Assembly: GCA_019120275.1 (NCBI GenBank)
Contig: DWVL01000085.1
Coordinates: 16,382-80,381 of the forward strand
Length of the DNA stretch: 64,000 nt
DNA from: Candidatus Mediterraneibacter excrementavium
GTDB lineage: Bacteria > Bacillota > Clostridia > Lachnospirales > Lachnospiraceae
Direction of reading: 5' to 3'
Shown: positions 30,372 through 39,533 of the stretch, piece after piece
Position numbering within the stretch: the first letter of the stretch is position 1
Layout of the letters: every line of letters begins with the position of its first letter
Notes under the pieces: model-generated
What the model was told of the DNA's origin: nothing
Databases searched by the model: none
The model's input: only the letters and a program-made list of their open reading frames with translations
Made by a program: the position numbers and the translations under genes

Positions 30372-31205
30372 ATGGATAAGGAAGAGCAGCAGATGACAGC
30401 GGAAATGACGGGACCGCTTCAGATCTATCTGAATGAGATCGGACAGATCCCTCTCCTCAGCGAGGAGGAAGAAAAAATACTTGGCGAAAAGAGCGCGGCC
30501 GGCGATGCGGAAGCACGCCAGCGGCTGGCAGAGGGCAATCTGAGGCTGGTTGTTTCCCTGGCAAAGCATTATACCGGGCGGGGAGTGGCGATCATGGACC
30601 TGATCCAGGAAGGAAATATGGGCCTGATGCACGCGGCTGAGAAATATGACCACACGAAAGAAAACCGGTTCTCAACTTACGCGGCATGGTGGATCAAAGA
30701 GGCTATGCAGCGAGCGATCGACCAGCAGTCCAGGGAGATCCGTGTTCCCGTACATGTGGCGGAGAACATGAAGCGCGTGCAGAAGGCGGCGCGGGATCTT
30801 CAGCAGTCCCTGGGCAGGGACGCAACGACCGCTGAGATCGCGCAGAAACTGGGAGATTAGACAGAAGAGGAAGTGAAAGATATCATTTCCTATCTGCAGA
30901 ATCCGGTATCACTGGAAAGTCCTGTCGGAGAAGACGGTGAGAGCAGTCTGGGTGATATGGTCGAGGATCACAGCGGTCAGACGCCGGAGGAGGCGATGGA
31001 TATACTGGCCCGCCAGGAAGAGGTGCGGGAGCTTCTCGACACGCTGACAGATCGGGAGCGGCAGGTGGTCCGGATGCGCTACGGACTGGGGGAAGAGAAG
31101 CCGCAGACACTGGAGGAGATCGGCAGTGCGCTGGGAGTGACCCGGGAACGTGTGAGGCAGATCGAGGCCCGCGCCATGGAAAAACTGCGCAGGCAGGCAA
31201 AATAA
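30372..31205 (+). pseudogene. RpoD/SigA-like sigma-70 paralogue interrupted by an in-frame TAG at 30858-30860
   Basis: ORFs 30372-30860 and 30873-31205 share a frame; together they give [45 protein letters not shown]...VTRERVRQIE. Confidence 0.8.
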
Positions 31206-31228
31206 AACTCAAAAATTGACAACCGGCT

Positions 31229-31258
31229 GTATAAATTATGAAAAATGTGCAGATAGTA
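31229..31258 (+). promoter_or_regulatory. sigmaF/sigmaG-like forespore promoter
   Basis: GTATA-15 bp-GCAGATAGTA, versus consensus GYATA-15-GGnnAnAHTR. Confidence 0.5.
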
Positions 31259-31298
31259 ACAACATGATCATATTTATCAGATGGAGGAAGATCAATTT

Positions 31299-31535
31299 AT
31301 GAGAAAAATAAAAACATTGCTTCTGACTGTGGTTACGATCTGCATCCTGAGCACAGCTGCCGGCTGCGCCGACCGGACAGAGTCCGGAAACGGGATCCTG
31401 GACGATGCGGTCAATGATGTGACAGAGGGCGTTGACAAAGTGACGGACGATGTGACGGATGAGGTTGACAAAGTGACGGATGATGTGACCGACGGGATTG
31501 ATAAGGCAACAGATGAGGCAACAAAGGACAGATGA
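31299..31535 (+). CDS. Small acidic lipoprotein with 11-residue repeats
   Basis: GGAGG RBS; signal peptide with lipobox AAGC; VDKVTDDVTD(E/G) repeats. Confidence 0.8.
   Translation: MRKIKTLLLTVVTICILSTAAGCADRTESGNGILDDAVNDVTEGVDKVTDDVTDEVDKVTDDVTDGIDKATDEATKDR
31431..31527 (+). repeat. 33-bp coding tandem repeat (two near-identical copies and one degenerate copy)
   Basis: GTTGACAAAGTGACGGAYGATGTGAC at 31431 and 31464. Confidence 0.9.
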
Positions 31536-31566
31536 CAGTCCGGAATTCAAGTATGAGAAAGCATGG

Positions 31567-31606
31567 CTGCCGCGGGGCGGGATGGAACCGCTCCGCGGCA
31601 GTTTTT
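31567..31606 (+). terminator. Rho-independent terminator
   Basis: CTGCCGCGGGGCGG / CCGCTCCGCGGCAG followed by TTTTT. Confidence 0.8.
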
Positions 31607-31627
31607 CGGAAAAAGGGGTACATAGAA

Positions 31628-32398
31628 ATGAGATTCAGACCATGCATCGATATTCACAACGGAAAAGTGAAGCAGATCGTAGGAGGAAGCCTTCGGGACG
31701 AAGGCGGATATGCGCAGACGAATTTTGCATCGGAACAGGGCGCGCGCTTTTATGCGGAAATGTATAAGAACGACGGACTTACAGGGGGGCATATCATCCT
31801 GCTTAATCCGGCGGATTCCCCGCACTATGAACAGACCCGCATGCAGGCGCTTGACGCGCTGGCCGCATATCCGGGCGGGATGCAGATCGGCGGCGGCATC
31901 ACGCCAGAGAATGCCGGAGCGTATCTGGAGGCGGGCGCCAGTCATGTGATCGTTACATCTTATGTATTCAGGGACGGGACCTTTCACCGGGACCGCCTGG
32001 ATAAGCTGGTGCGTGAGACGGGAAGGGAGCACCTGGTCCTGGATCTGAGCTGCAGGAAGAAAGACGGGGATTATTATGTGGTCACAGACCGCTGGCAGAA
32101 ATTCACGGATCTGAGGCTGACGCCGGATGTCCTGGACGACCTTGCATCGGCCTGCGATGAATTCCTGATCCATGGAGTGGATGTGGAAGGGAGACGTTCC
32201 GGCATGGAGGAAGATCTGGCTGCAATGCTGGGAAGGTGGAGGAAGAAGCCTGTGACCTATGCGGGCGGCATCGCTTCTCTGGAGGATCTGGCTCGTTTTG
32301 AGAGGATCACGGGAAGCGGTGTGGATTTTACCATCGGCAGCGCACTGGACCTGTTCGGAGGGACGATCCCGTATGGGGCGGTCCGTACATACAGATAA
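31628..32398 (+). CDS. hisA: ProFAR isomerase, HIS6/eukaryote-like HisA subtype
   Basis: FRPCIDIHNGKVKQIVGG, QIGGGI, VIVTSY, LDLSCR, DRWQKFT, EFLIHGVDVEG, TIGSALDLFGG. Confidence 0.92.
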   Translation: MRFRPCIDIHNGKVKQIVGGSLRDEGGYAQTNFASEQGARFYAEMYKNDGLTGGHIILLNPADSPHYEQTRMQALDALAAYPGGMQIGGGITPENAGAYLEAGASHVIVTSYVFRDGTFHRDRLDKLVRETGREHLVLDLSCRKKDGDYYVVTDRWQKFTDLRLTPDVLDDLASACDEFLIHGVDVEGRRSGMEEDLAAMLGRWRKKPVTYAGGIASLEDLARFERITGSGVDFTIGSALDLFGGTIPYGAVRTYR

Positions 32399-32524
32399 GT
32401 GAAATGCGTCTGTTAACCCGCACATCAGCAAATGTTAACAACTTATGAACTTGTTGAATTCGCACATGGTTAGTGTTAAAATGAGAAACGTGAGTGAATC
32501 TTTAAGAAGGAGTTTTAGTGGAAT

Positions 32525-35107
32525 ATGGGTATTATAGAAAAGATTTTCGGAACCCACAGCGAGAATGAACTGAAGAGGATCTACCCGATCGTTGACCGTA
32601 TAGAAGCGCTGGATCCGGAGATGCAGGCACTTTCCGATGAAGAACTTAAAGGGAAGACGCGGGAGTTCAAAGACAGGCTGGCAGAGGGCGAGACGCTGGA
32701 CGATATACTTCCGGAAGCCTATGCCGCAGTCCGTGAAGCCGCGTACCGTGCGATCGGCATGAAGCACTACCGGGTGCAGATCATCGGCGGCATCATCCTG
32801 CATCAGGGACGGATCGCTGAGATGAAGACCGGTGAGGGAAAGACGCTTGTTTCCACGCTTCCGGCGTATCTGAACGCGCTGGAAGGCAAAGGTGTAAATA
32901 TCGTAACGGTCAATGATTATCTGGCAAAGCGTGACGCCGAGTGGATGGGCAAGGTCCATGAATTTTTGGGGCTGACCGTAGGCGTGGTGCTTAACGGCAT
33001 GGATAACAAAGAACGGCGGGAGGCTTACAACTGTGATATTACGTATGTGACGAACAATGAACTCGGCTTCGATTATCTGCGTGACAACATGGTCATCTAC
33101 AAAGAACAGCTGGTGCAGCGCGGCCTGCATTTTGCCATTATCGATGAGGTGGATTCTGTTCTGATCGACGAGGCCAGAACTCCGCTGATCATATCCGGCC
33201 AGAGTGGAAAATCGACGAAGCTGTATGAAGCCTGCGACATTCTGGCCCGCCAGCTGGAGCGCGGAGAAGCAAGCGGCGAATTTTCCAAGATGAACGCGAT
33301 CATGGGCGAGGAGATCGAGGAAACCGGAGATTTCATCGTAAATGAAAAGGAGAAGACCGTCAACCTGACCGAGGACGGCGTGAAGAAGGTAGAGAAATTT
33401 TTCCATATTGACAACCTGGCGGATCCGGAAAATCTGGAGATCCAGCATAATATCATCCTGGCGCTGCGCGCAAATAACCTGATGCATAAAGACCAGGATT
33501 ATGTGGTTACTTCCGAAGGCGAGGTCATGATCGTCGATGAATTTACAGGGCGCATCATGCCGGGACGCCGTTATTCAGACGGACTCCATCAGGCGATCGA
33601 GGCGAAGGAGCATGTGAAAGTGCGCCGGGAGAGCAAGACGCTGGCGACGATCACATTCCAGAACCTGTTCAATAAGTTTGACAAGAAGAGCGGTATGACC
33701 GGTACAGCTCTGACCGAGGAAAAGGAGTTCCGGGACATCTACGGAATGGATGTGATCGAGATCCCGACAAACAAGCCGGTGCAGAGAGTAGACCAGGAAG
33801 ACGCTGTATATAAGACAAAGAAAGAAAAATATAAAGCGGTCGTCGAAGAGGTGAAGCGTGCGCATGCAAAAGGACAGCCTGTGCTGGTGGGTACGATCAC
33901 CATTGAGGTGTCCGAACTTCTGAGCGGCATGCTCCGCAAAGATGGGATCAAACATAATGTGCTGAATGCGAAATACCATGAGCAGGAGGCGGAGATCGTG
34001 GCTGATGCCGGTGTACACGGAGCGGTTACCATCGCTACCAATATGGCCGGACGTGGTACGGATATCAAGCTGGACGATGATGCGAGAGCGGCCGGCGGAC
34101 TGAAGATCATCGGTACGGAACGGCACGAGTCCAGACGTATCGACAATCAGCTCCGCGGACGAAGCGGACGTCAGGGGGATCCGGGCGAATCCCGTTTCTA
34201 TATTTCCCTTGAGGATGATCTGCTGAGACTGTTCGGATCCGACAGGCTGATGGGCGTGTTTAATGCCCTTGGCGTGGAAGAAGGGGAACAGATCGAGCAC
34301 CGGATGCTGTCCAATGCCATTGAATCCGCACAGAAGAAAATCGAGATCAATAACTTCGGCATCCGTAAGAATCTGCTGGAATATGACCAGGTCATGAATG
34401 AGCAGAGAGAGATTATTTATGGTGAAAGGCGCCGGGTTCTTGACGGCGAGAGCATGCGTGATACCATTTACAATATGATCACGGAGTATGTGGAAAATAT
34501 TACCGACCGTTTTGCTTCTCCGGAAGCAGACGCGGAGGAGTGGGATATTAAAGGACTGGATGTCAATATCCATAATGTGATCCCGCAGATGGAACTGCCG
34601 AAAAAAGAAGAATGCGCGGACATGAAGCAGAAGGAACTCAAACACCTTCTGAAAGAGCGTGCGGTTAAGGCGTATGAAGCAAAAGAAGCGGAGTTCCAGG
34701 AGCCGGAGCAGCTGCGTGAGATCGAGCGCGTGGTCCTTCTGAAGGTTATCGATGCAAGATGGATGGATCATATCGACGATATGGACCAGCTCCGCCAGGG
34801 GATCGGCCTGCAGGCATACGGGCAGAGGGATCCGCTTGTAGAGTATAAGATGATGGGATATGATATGTTCGGCGAGATGACGAATATGATCGCGGAAACA
34901 ACGCTGCGCATGCTGTTCAACATCCGTGTGGAGCAGAAAGTGGAACGCGAGGAAGTAGCCAAAGTAACGGGAACGAACAAAGACGACTCTGCCGTACGCG
35001 CTCCGAAGAAGCGTGAGCAGAAGAAGATCTATCCGAACGATCCGTGCCCGTGCGGAAGCGGCAAGAAGTATAAACAGTGCTGCGGCCGAAAGCAGCTTGG
35101 CGCGTAA
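32525..35107 (+). CDS. secA: Preprotein translocase subunit SecA
   Basis: [44 protein letters not shown]-terminal [13 protein letters not shown]. Confidence 0.99.
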   Translation: MGIIEKIFGTHSENELKRIYPIVDRIEALDPEMQALSDEELKGKTREFKDRLAEGETLDDILPEAYAAVREAAYRAIGMKHYRVQIIGGIILHQGRIAEMKTGEGKTLVSTLPAYLNALEGKGVNIVTVNDYLAKRDAEWMGKVHEFLGLTVGVVLNGMDNKERREAYNCDITYVTNNELGFDYLRDNMVIYKEQLVQRGLHFAIIDEVDSVLIDEARTPLIISGQSGKSTKLYEACDILARQLERGEASGEFSKMNAIMGEEIEETGDFIVNEKEKTVNLTEDGVKKVEKFFHIDNLADPENLEIQHNIILALRANNLMHKDQDYVVTSEGEVMIVDEFTGRIMPGRRYSDGLHQAIEAKEHVKVRRESKTLATITFQNLFNKFDKKSGMTGTALTEEKEFRDIYGMDVIEIPTNKPVQRVDQEDAVYKTKKEKYKAVVEEVKRAHAKGQPVLVGTITIEVSELLSGMLRKDGIKHNVLNAKYHEQEAEIVADAGVHGAVTIATNMAGRGTDIKLDDDARAAGGLKIIGTERHESRRIDNQLRGRSGRQGDPGESRFYISLEDDLLRLFGSDRLMGVFNALGVEEGEQIEHRMLSNAIESAQKKIEINNFGIRKNLLEYDQVMNEQREIIYGERRRVLDGESMRDTIYNMITEYVENITDRFASPEADAEEWDIKGLDVNIHNVIPQMELPKKEECADMKQKELKHLLKERAVKAYEAKEAEFQEPEQLREIERVVLLKVIDARWMDHIDDMDQLRQGIGLQAYGQRDPLVEYKMMGYDMFGEMTNMIAETTLRMLFNIRVEQKVEREEVAKVTGTNKDDSAVRAPKKREQKKIYPNDPCPCGSGKKYKQCCGRKQLGA

Positions 35108-35153
35108 GCCGGAGCAGGGCTATAAATAAAAGAATATGAAAGAGGTGAATAAG

Positions 35154-36273
35154 GTGGTTTTATTAGATGAATTAAAGTCAAGACTGACAGCCTATGAAGA
35201 ACCGCTGAAAGATCTGAGGGATTCACTTTGACACGGCGTCAAAGAAACTGAGGATCGAAGAACTGCAGAAAAGGCTGGAGGAACCCGGATTCTGGGATGA
35301 TCCGGAGACTTCCCAGCAGGTTATGAAAGAGTTAAAGGGCCTGGAGGATACGGTCAAAGAGATCGAGCAGCTTTTTGCCGATTATGACGACATGGAGCTG
35401 CTGATCGAGATGAGCGAGGAAGAGCCGGATGAGGAGACTTCCGAGGAGATCCGGGAGGAACTGGAGTCGTTCGAGGCGAAATTCGAGGAACTGAGGATCA
35501 GCACGCTGCTGACCGGTCCGTATGACAGGGACAATGCGATCGTGACGCTCCACGCGGGGGCCGGCGGAACGGAATCCTGCGACTGGGCGGGCATGCTGTA
35601 CCGCATGTATACAAGATGGGCTGAGAAAAAAGGTTATGATGTGGAAGAACTGGATTATCTGGAAGGAGACGTGGCCGGGATCAAAGGCGTGACCTTTGAG
35701 GTGAAAGGCGAGAATGCATACGGGTATCTCCGTTCCGAGAAGGGCGTCCACAGGCTGGTGCGCATTTCCCCGTTTAATGCGGCGGGAAAGCGCCAGACGT
35801 CATTTGCATCCTGTGATGTGATACCGGATATCGAGGAGGATATCGATATTGAGATCAATGACGACGACCTGAAGATCGACACGTACCGGTCCAGCGGAGC
35901 AGGCGGCCAGCATATCAACAAGACGTCTTCCGCAGTCCGGATCACCCATCTGCCGACCGGGATCGTGGTCCAGTGCCAGAATGAGCGGTCCCAGCATATG
36001 AATAAGGACAAGGCAATGCAGATGCTGAAGTCGAAGCTGTATCTGATGAAGCAGCAGGAGCAGGCGGAGAAGATGTCGGACATCCGCGGCGAAGTCCGGG
36101 ACATTAATTTCGGCAACCAGATCCGTTCCTATGTCATGCAGCCATACACGATGGTCAAGGATCACAGGACGAATGCGGAAGTAAGCAATGTGAATGCCGT
36201 TATGGACGGCAATATCGATCCGTTTATCAATGCCTATCTGAGTGCGGACGGGAAAACGGATGATGCAGAATAA
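35154..36273 (+). CDS. prfB: Peptide chain release factor 2, translated through a programmed +1 frameshift
   Basis: GTG 35154 opens a short ORF ending CTT TGA C (35226-35232); the +1 frame carries GAGGTES, SPF and GGQ motifs. Confidence 0.97.
35217..35232 (+). other. RF2 autoregulatory frameshift site
   Basis: Internal SD-like AGGGA just upstream of CTTTGAC. Confidence 0.95.
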
Positions 36274-36297
36274 CAGAGTACAGAGAAGGAGAAGATC

Positions 36298-37515
36298 ATG
36301 GTAAATATAGCAGTAATGGGATATGGAACCGTAGGCTCAGGCGTGGTGGAAGTCATCAACACCAACGGCGATGTGATCAACCAGCGTGCAGGGAATGAGA
36401 TCAACATTAAATATGTGCTTGATCTCCGGGATTTCCCGGGCGATCCGATCCAGGAAAAGATCGTCCATGATGTGGATGTGATCATCAATGATCCGGAGAT
36501 CCGCATCGTTGTGGAAGTGATGGGCGGCATCGAGCCGGCGTATACATTTGTGAAACGCTGCCTGGAAGCGGGCAAGAGTGTAGTTACATCGAATAAGGCG
36601 CTGGTTGCAAAGCATGGTGCGGAACTTCTGTCCATCGCCCGCGACCGTGAACTGAATTTTCTTTTTGAGGCCAGCGTTGGCGGGGGGATCCCGATCATCC
36701 GTGCACTGAATTCTTCTCTGACTGCGGACCGGATCGAGGAGATTACCGGCATTCTCAACGGCACGACAAACTATATGCTTACGAAAATGTTCTATGAGGG
36801 CGCGGATTATGACGAGATCCTTAAGGAAGCCCAGGACAACGGCTATGCGGAGCGCAATCCGGAAGCGGATGTGGAAGGATATGACGCATGCCGCAAGATC
36901 GCGATCCTGTCATCCCTGATCTCCGGCCGCCAGGTGGATTACGAAGATATTTATACAGAAGGGATCACAAGGATCACGAAGAAAGATATGCTGTATGCGA
37001 AAAAGCTGGGCATGACGATTAAGCTGATCGCTTCCAGCAAGCGGCACGGCGGCCACGTTCATGCGATCGTTGCGCCTATGCTCCTGAATAAAGAGCATCC
37101 GCTCTACAGCGTGGATGATGTGTTTAATGCGGTATTCGTACATGGAAACATGCTCGGCGATGCCATGTTCTACGGCAGCGGTGCGGGCAAGCTTCCGACA
37201 GCCAGCGCGGTCGTGGCTGATGTGGTGGATGAGGTGAAACATCTCCAGCGCAATATCATGACCATGTGGAAAAATGAAAAACTTGAACTAATGCCGAGCG
37301 AAGACATCGAGAGACGGTTCTTTGTCCGCATTTCAGGGGCGAAAGAGGCGCGTTACAGCGAGGTGGCAGCTGTATTCGGACCGGTGGAGCCGGTGACGCT
37401 GGAAGGCCTGGACGGTGAATTCGGTTTTGTGACGGATGTGATGACCGAGCGGGAATACAAGGAGAAAGCATCAAAGCTTGACGGGATCATGCATATGATC
37501 CGCATCGAGGATTAA
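36298..37515 (+). CDS. hom: Homoserine dehydrogenase
   Basis: GYGTVGSG, VVTSNKA, FEASVGGGIP, GILNGTTN, GAGKLPTASAV. Confidence 0.96.
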   Translation: MVNIAVMGYGTVGSGVVEVINTNGDVINQRAGNEINIKYVLDLRDFPGDPIQEKIVHDVDVIINDPEIRIVVEVMGGIEPAYTFVKRCLEAGKSVVTSNKALVAKHGAELLSIARDRELNFLFEASVGGGIPIIRALNSSLTADRIEEITGILNGTTNYMLTKMFYEGADYDEILKEAQDNGYAERNPEADVEGYDACRKIAILSSLISGRQVDYEDIYTEGITRITKKDMLYAKKLGMTIKLIASSKRHGGHVHAIVAPMLLNKEHPLYSVDDVFNAVFVHGNMLGDAMFYGSGAGKLPTASAVVADVVDEVKHLQRNIMTMWKNEKLELMPSEDIERRFFVRISGAKEARYSEVAAVFGPVEPVTLEGLDGEFGFVTDVMTEREYKEKASKLDGIMHMIRIED

Positions 37516-37560
37516 TGGCGGATCACGGTCAGGTTATGGAAGCGAGGACAGAGGTAGAGC

Positions 37561-38793
37561 ATGAAATATATCGTAGTATTATGCGACGGAATGGCAGATG
37601 ATCCGCTTGTGGAACTGGGCGGACGTACTCCGCTGGAAGCCGCGCACACACCGAATATGGACCGGCTGGCTAAAACAGCTGAGGTCGGCATGGTCCGGAC
37701 TGTTCCGGAAGGAATGGCGCCGGGCAGCGACACAGCCAATCTGTCTGTGATCGGTTATGATCCGAAGAAGTATTATTCCGGAAGATCTCCGCTGGAAGCT
37801 CTCAGCATCGGGGCGGAGATGGGTGCGGACGACGTTTCCTTCCGCTGTAATCTGGTGACGCTGTCGGAAGAGGAAGATTGCTATGAAGACCGGATCATTC
37901 TGGATCACAGTTCCGGAGAGATCAGTACGGAGGACGCGGCAGTCCTTCTTGAGGCGCTGAAAGAAGAATTCCGAAGCGGCAGTTCTTCGGAGCGGCCCTG
38001 CTATTCGGAAGGTTATGACTTTTATACGGGAACGAGCTACCGGCATCTGTTGATCTGGCATCACGGGAAGGTGGTGGAACTGACGGCGCCCCACGATATC
38101 CTGACCAGAAGGATCGGGGAATATCTGCCGTCTGATCCGGTGCTCCGGGATATGATGGTGAGAAGCTATGATATCCTTAAAGACCACCCGGTCAATGTGA
38201 AGCGGCGCGCAGAAGGGAAAAATCCCGCAAATTCCGCATGGTTCTGGGGCGCGGGAACAAGGCCGGCGCTTACCTCCTTTGAGGAGAAGAACGGTGTCAG
38301 AGGCGCTATGATCTCCGCAGTGGATCTTCTGAAAGGGATCGCAGCGGGTTCCGGTATGCACAATATTACAGTCGAAGGCGCCAACGGCGGCCTGAATACA
38401 AATTACCGGGGGAAAGGCGAAGCGGCGGTAAAAGCGCTGGCAGAAGACGGGTATGATTTCGTTTATGTACACATTGAAGCTCCGGATGAGATGGGACATC
38501 AGGGAAGCGTTGCCGATAAGATCGCATCGATCGAGTACATTGATGAACAGGTGATCGGTCCTGTGGCGGAAGCGCTGAAAAAAGGCGGCATGGATTTCCG
38601 CATGCTGGTCATGCCGGATCATCCGACGCCGGTGCGTGTGCGGACGCATACGGCCGATCCCGTACCATATATGATCTATGACAGTGCGCATCCTGAGCAG
38701 GGACAGGCGTCCTACAGTGAAAAAACCGGAAAAATGAGCGGCATTTTTATAGAAGAAGGATACAGGCTGATCGACCGGCTGCTGCAGAGATGA
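37561..38793 (+). CDS. Cofactor-independent phosphoglycerate mutase (ApgM-like) / proposed homoserine kinase
   Basis: DGMAD, TPLEAA.TPNMD, PGSDTANL, GRSPLEA, HIEAPDEMGH, PDHPTP; follows hom. Confidence 0.85.
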   Translation: MKYIVVLCDGMADDPLVELGGRTPLEAAHTPNMDRLAKTAEVGMVRTVPEGMAPGSDTANLSVIGYDPKKYYSGRSPLEALSIGAEMGADDVSFRCNLVTLSEEEDCYEDRIILDHSSGEISTEDAAVLLEALKEEFRSGSSSERPCYSEGYDFYTGTSYRHLLIWHHGKVVELTAPHDILTRRIGEYLPSDPVLRDMMVRSYDILKDHPVNVKRRAEGKNPANSAWFWGAGTRPALTSFEEKNGVRGAMISAVDLLKGIAAGSGMHNITVEGANGGLNTNYRGKGEAAVKALAEDGYDFVYVHIEAPDEMGHQGSVADKIASIEYIDEQVIGPVAEALKKGGMDFRMLVMPDHPTPVRVRTHTADPVPYMIYDSAHPEQGQASYSEKTGKMSGIFIEEGYRLIDRLLQR

Positions 38794-38953
38794 CGTCTGA
38801 CCGGATGCATGTTCACCGGGATAAGGGGTAAAAGTAAAAACCGGAAAAAGAAATTTAGAGACGCAGATGAGGTTGTTTGAACGTTAATGAATTCCTCATC
38901 TGCGGCTCTGCTTTATAACGTCCGAACAGAATCGAAAAGGAGAAAATACGGAT

Positions 38954-39394
38954 ATGATCAGAGAATTTACAGAACAGGACAGAAAGCTTTATACAGAGAT
39001 GGCATCGGAGTTCTATCACTCGGATGCTGTCCTCCATCCGGTTCCGGATGAGTATTTTGAAAAGACGGCGGATGAGGCGCTGGCCTCGGATGCGTATGCG
39101 CAGATCTATATCCTGGAATGCGACGGTGAACCGGCGGGCTACGGTCTGACAGCGAAAACGTTTTCACAGGAGGCCGGAGGATACGTGATCTGGCTGGAGG
39201 AGCTTTATATCAGGCCGTCATACCGTTCCAGGGGACTTGGAAGTGAATTTTTCGCCTGCGTAGAGAATAAATATGCCGGGAAAGCCGTCCGATTCAGACT
39301 GGAAGTGGAAGAGGATAATACGCGGGCAATCGCATTATACAAACGGCTGGGATACGAAGTCCTGGATTATGTACAGATGATCAGAGAACAGTAA
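38954..39394 (+). CDS. GNAT family N-acetyltransferase
   Basis: LEELYIRPSYRSRGLG acetyl-CoA motif A; N.RAIALYKRLGY motif B. Confidence 0.9.
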   Translation: MIREFTEQDRKLYTEMASEFYHSDAVLHPVPDEYFEKTADEALASDAYAQIYILECDGEPAGYGLTAKTFSQEAGGYVIWLEELYIRPSYRSRGLGSEFFACVENKYAGKAVRFRLEVEEDNTRAIALYKRLGYEVLDYVQMIREQ

Positions 39395-39445
39395 AAGAAA
39401 AAGTATACATGTATACAATCCGAAGAAAATTCTTTCAATCCGCCA

Positions 39446-39474
39446 TTGCATGTTATTGTACAACAATGTATAAT
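39446..39474 (+). promoter_or_regulatory. sigmaA-type promoter of the three-gene operon
   Basis: TTGCAT-17 bp-TATAAT. Confidence 0.65.
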
Positions 39475-39533
39475 TTACAGTAGTGAAATTCTGCCCTCTG
39501 AGCAGAAAATTCAGGCAGAAGAAATTTGAGTAG

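Noticed and set aside
30858-30860. Genome-wide TAG reassignment or pyrrolysine
   Set aside because: TAG terminates several conserved genes at their expected ends in this window, and no pyl genes are seen here
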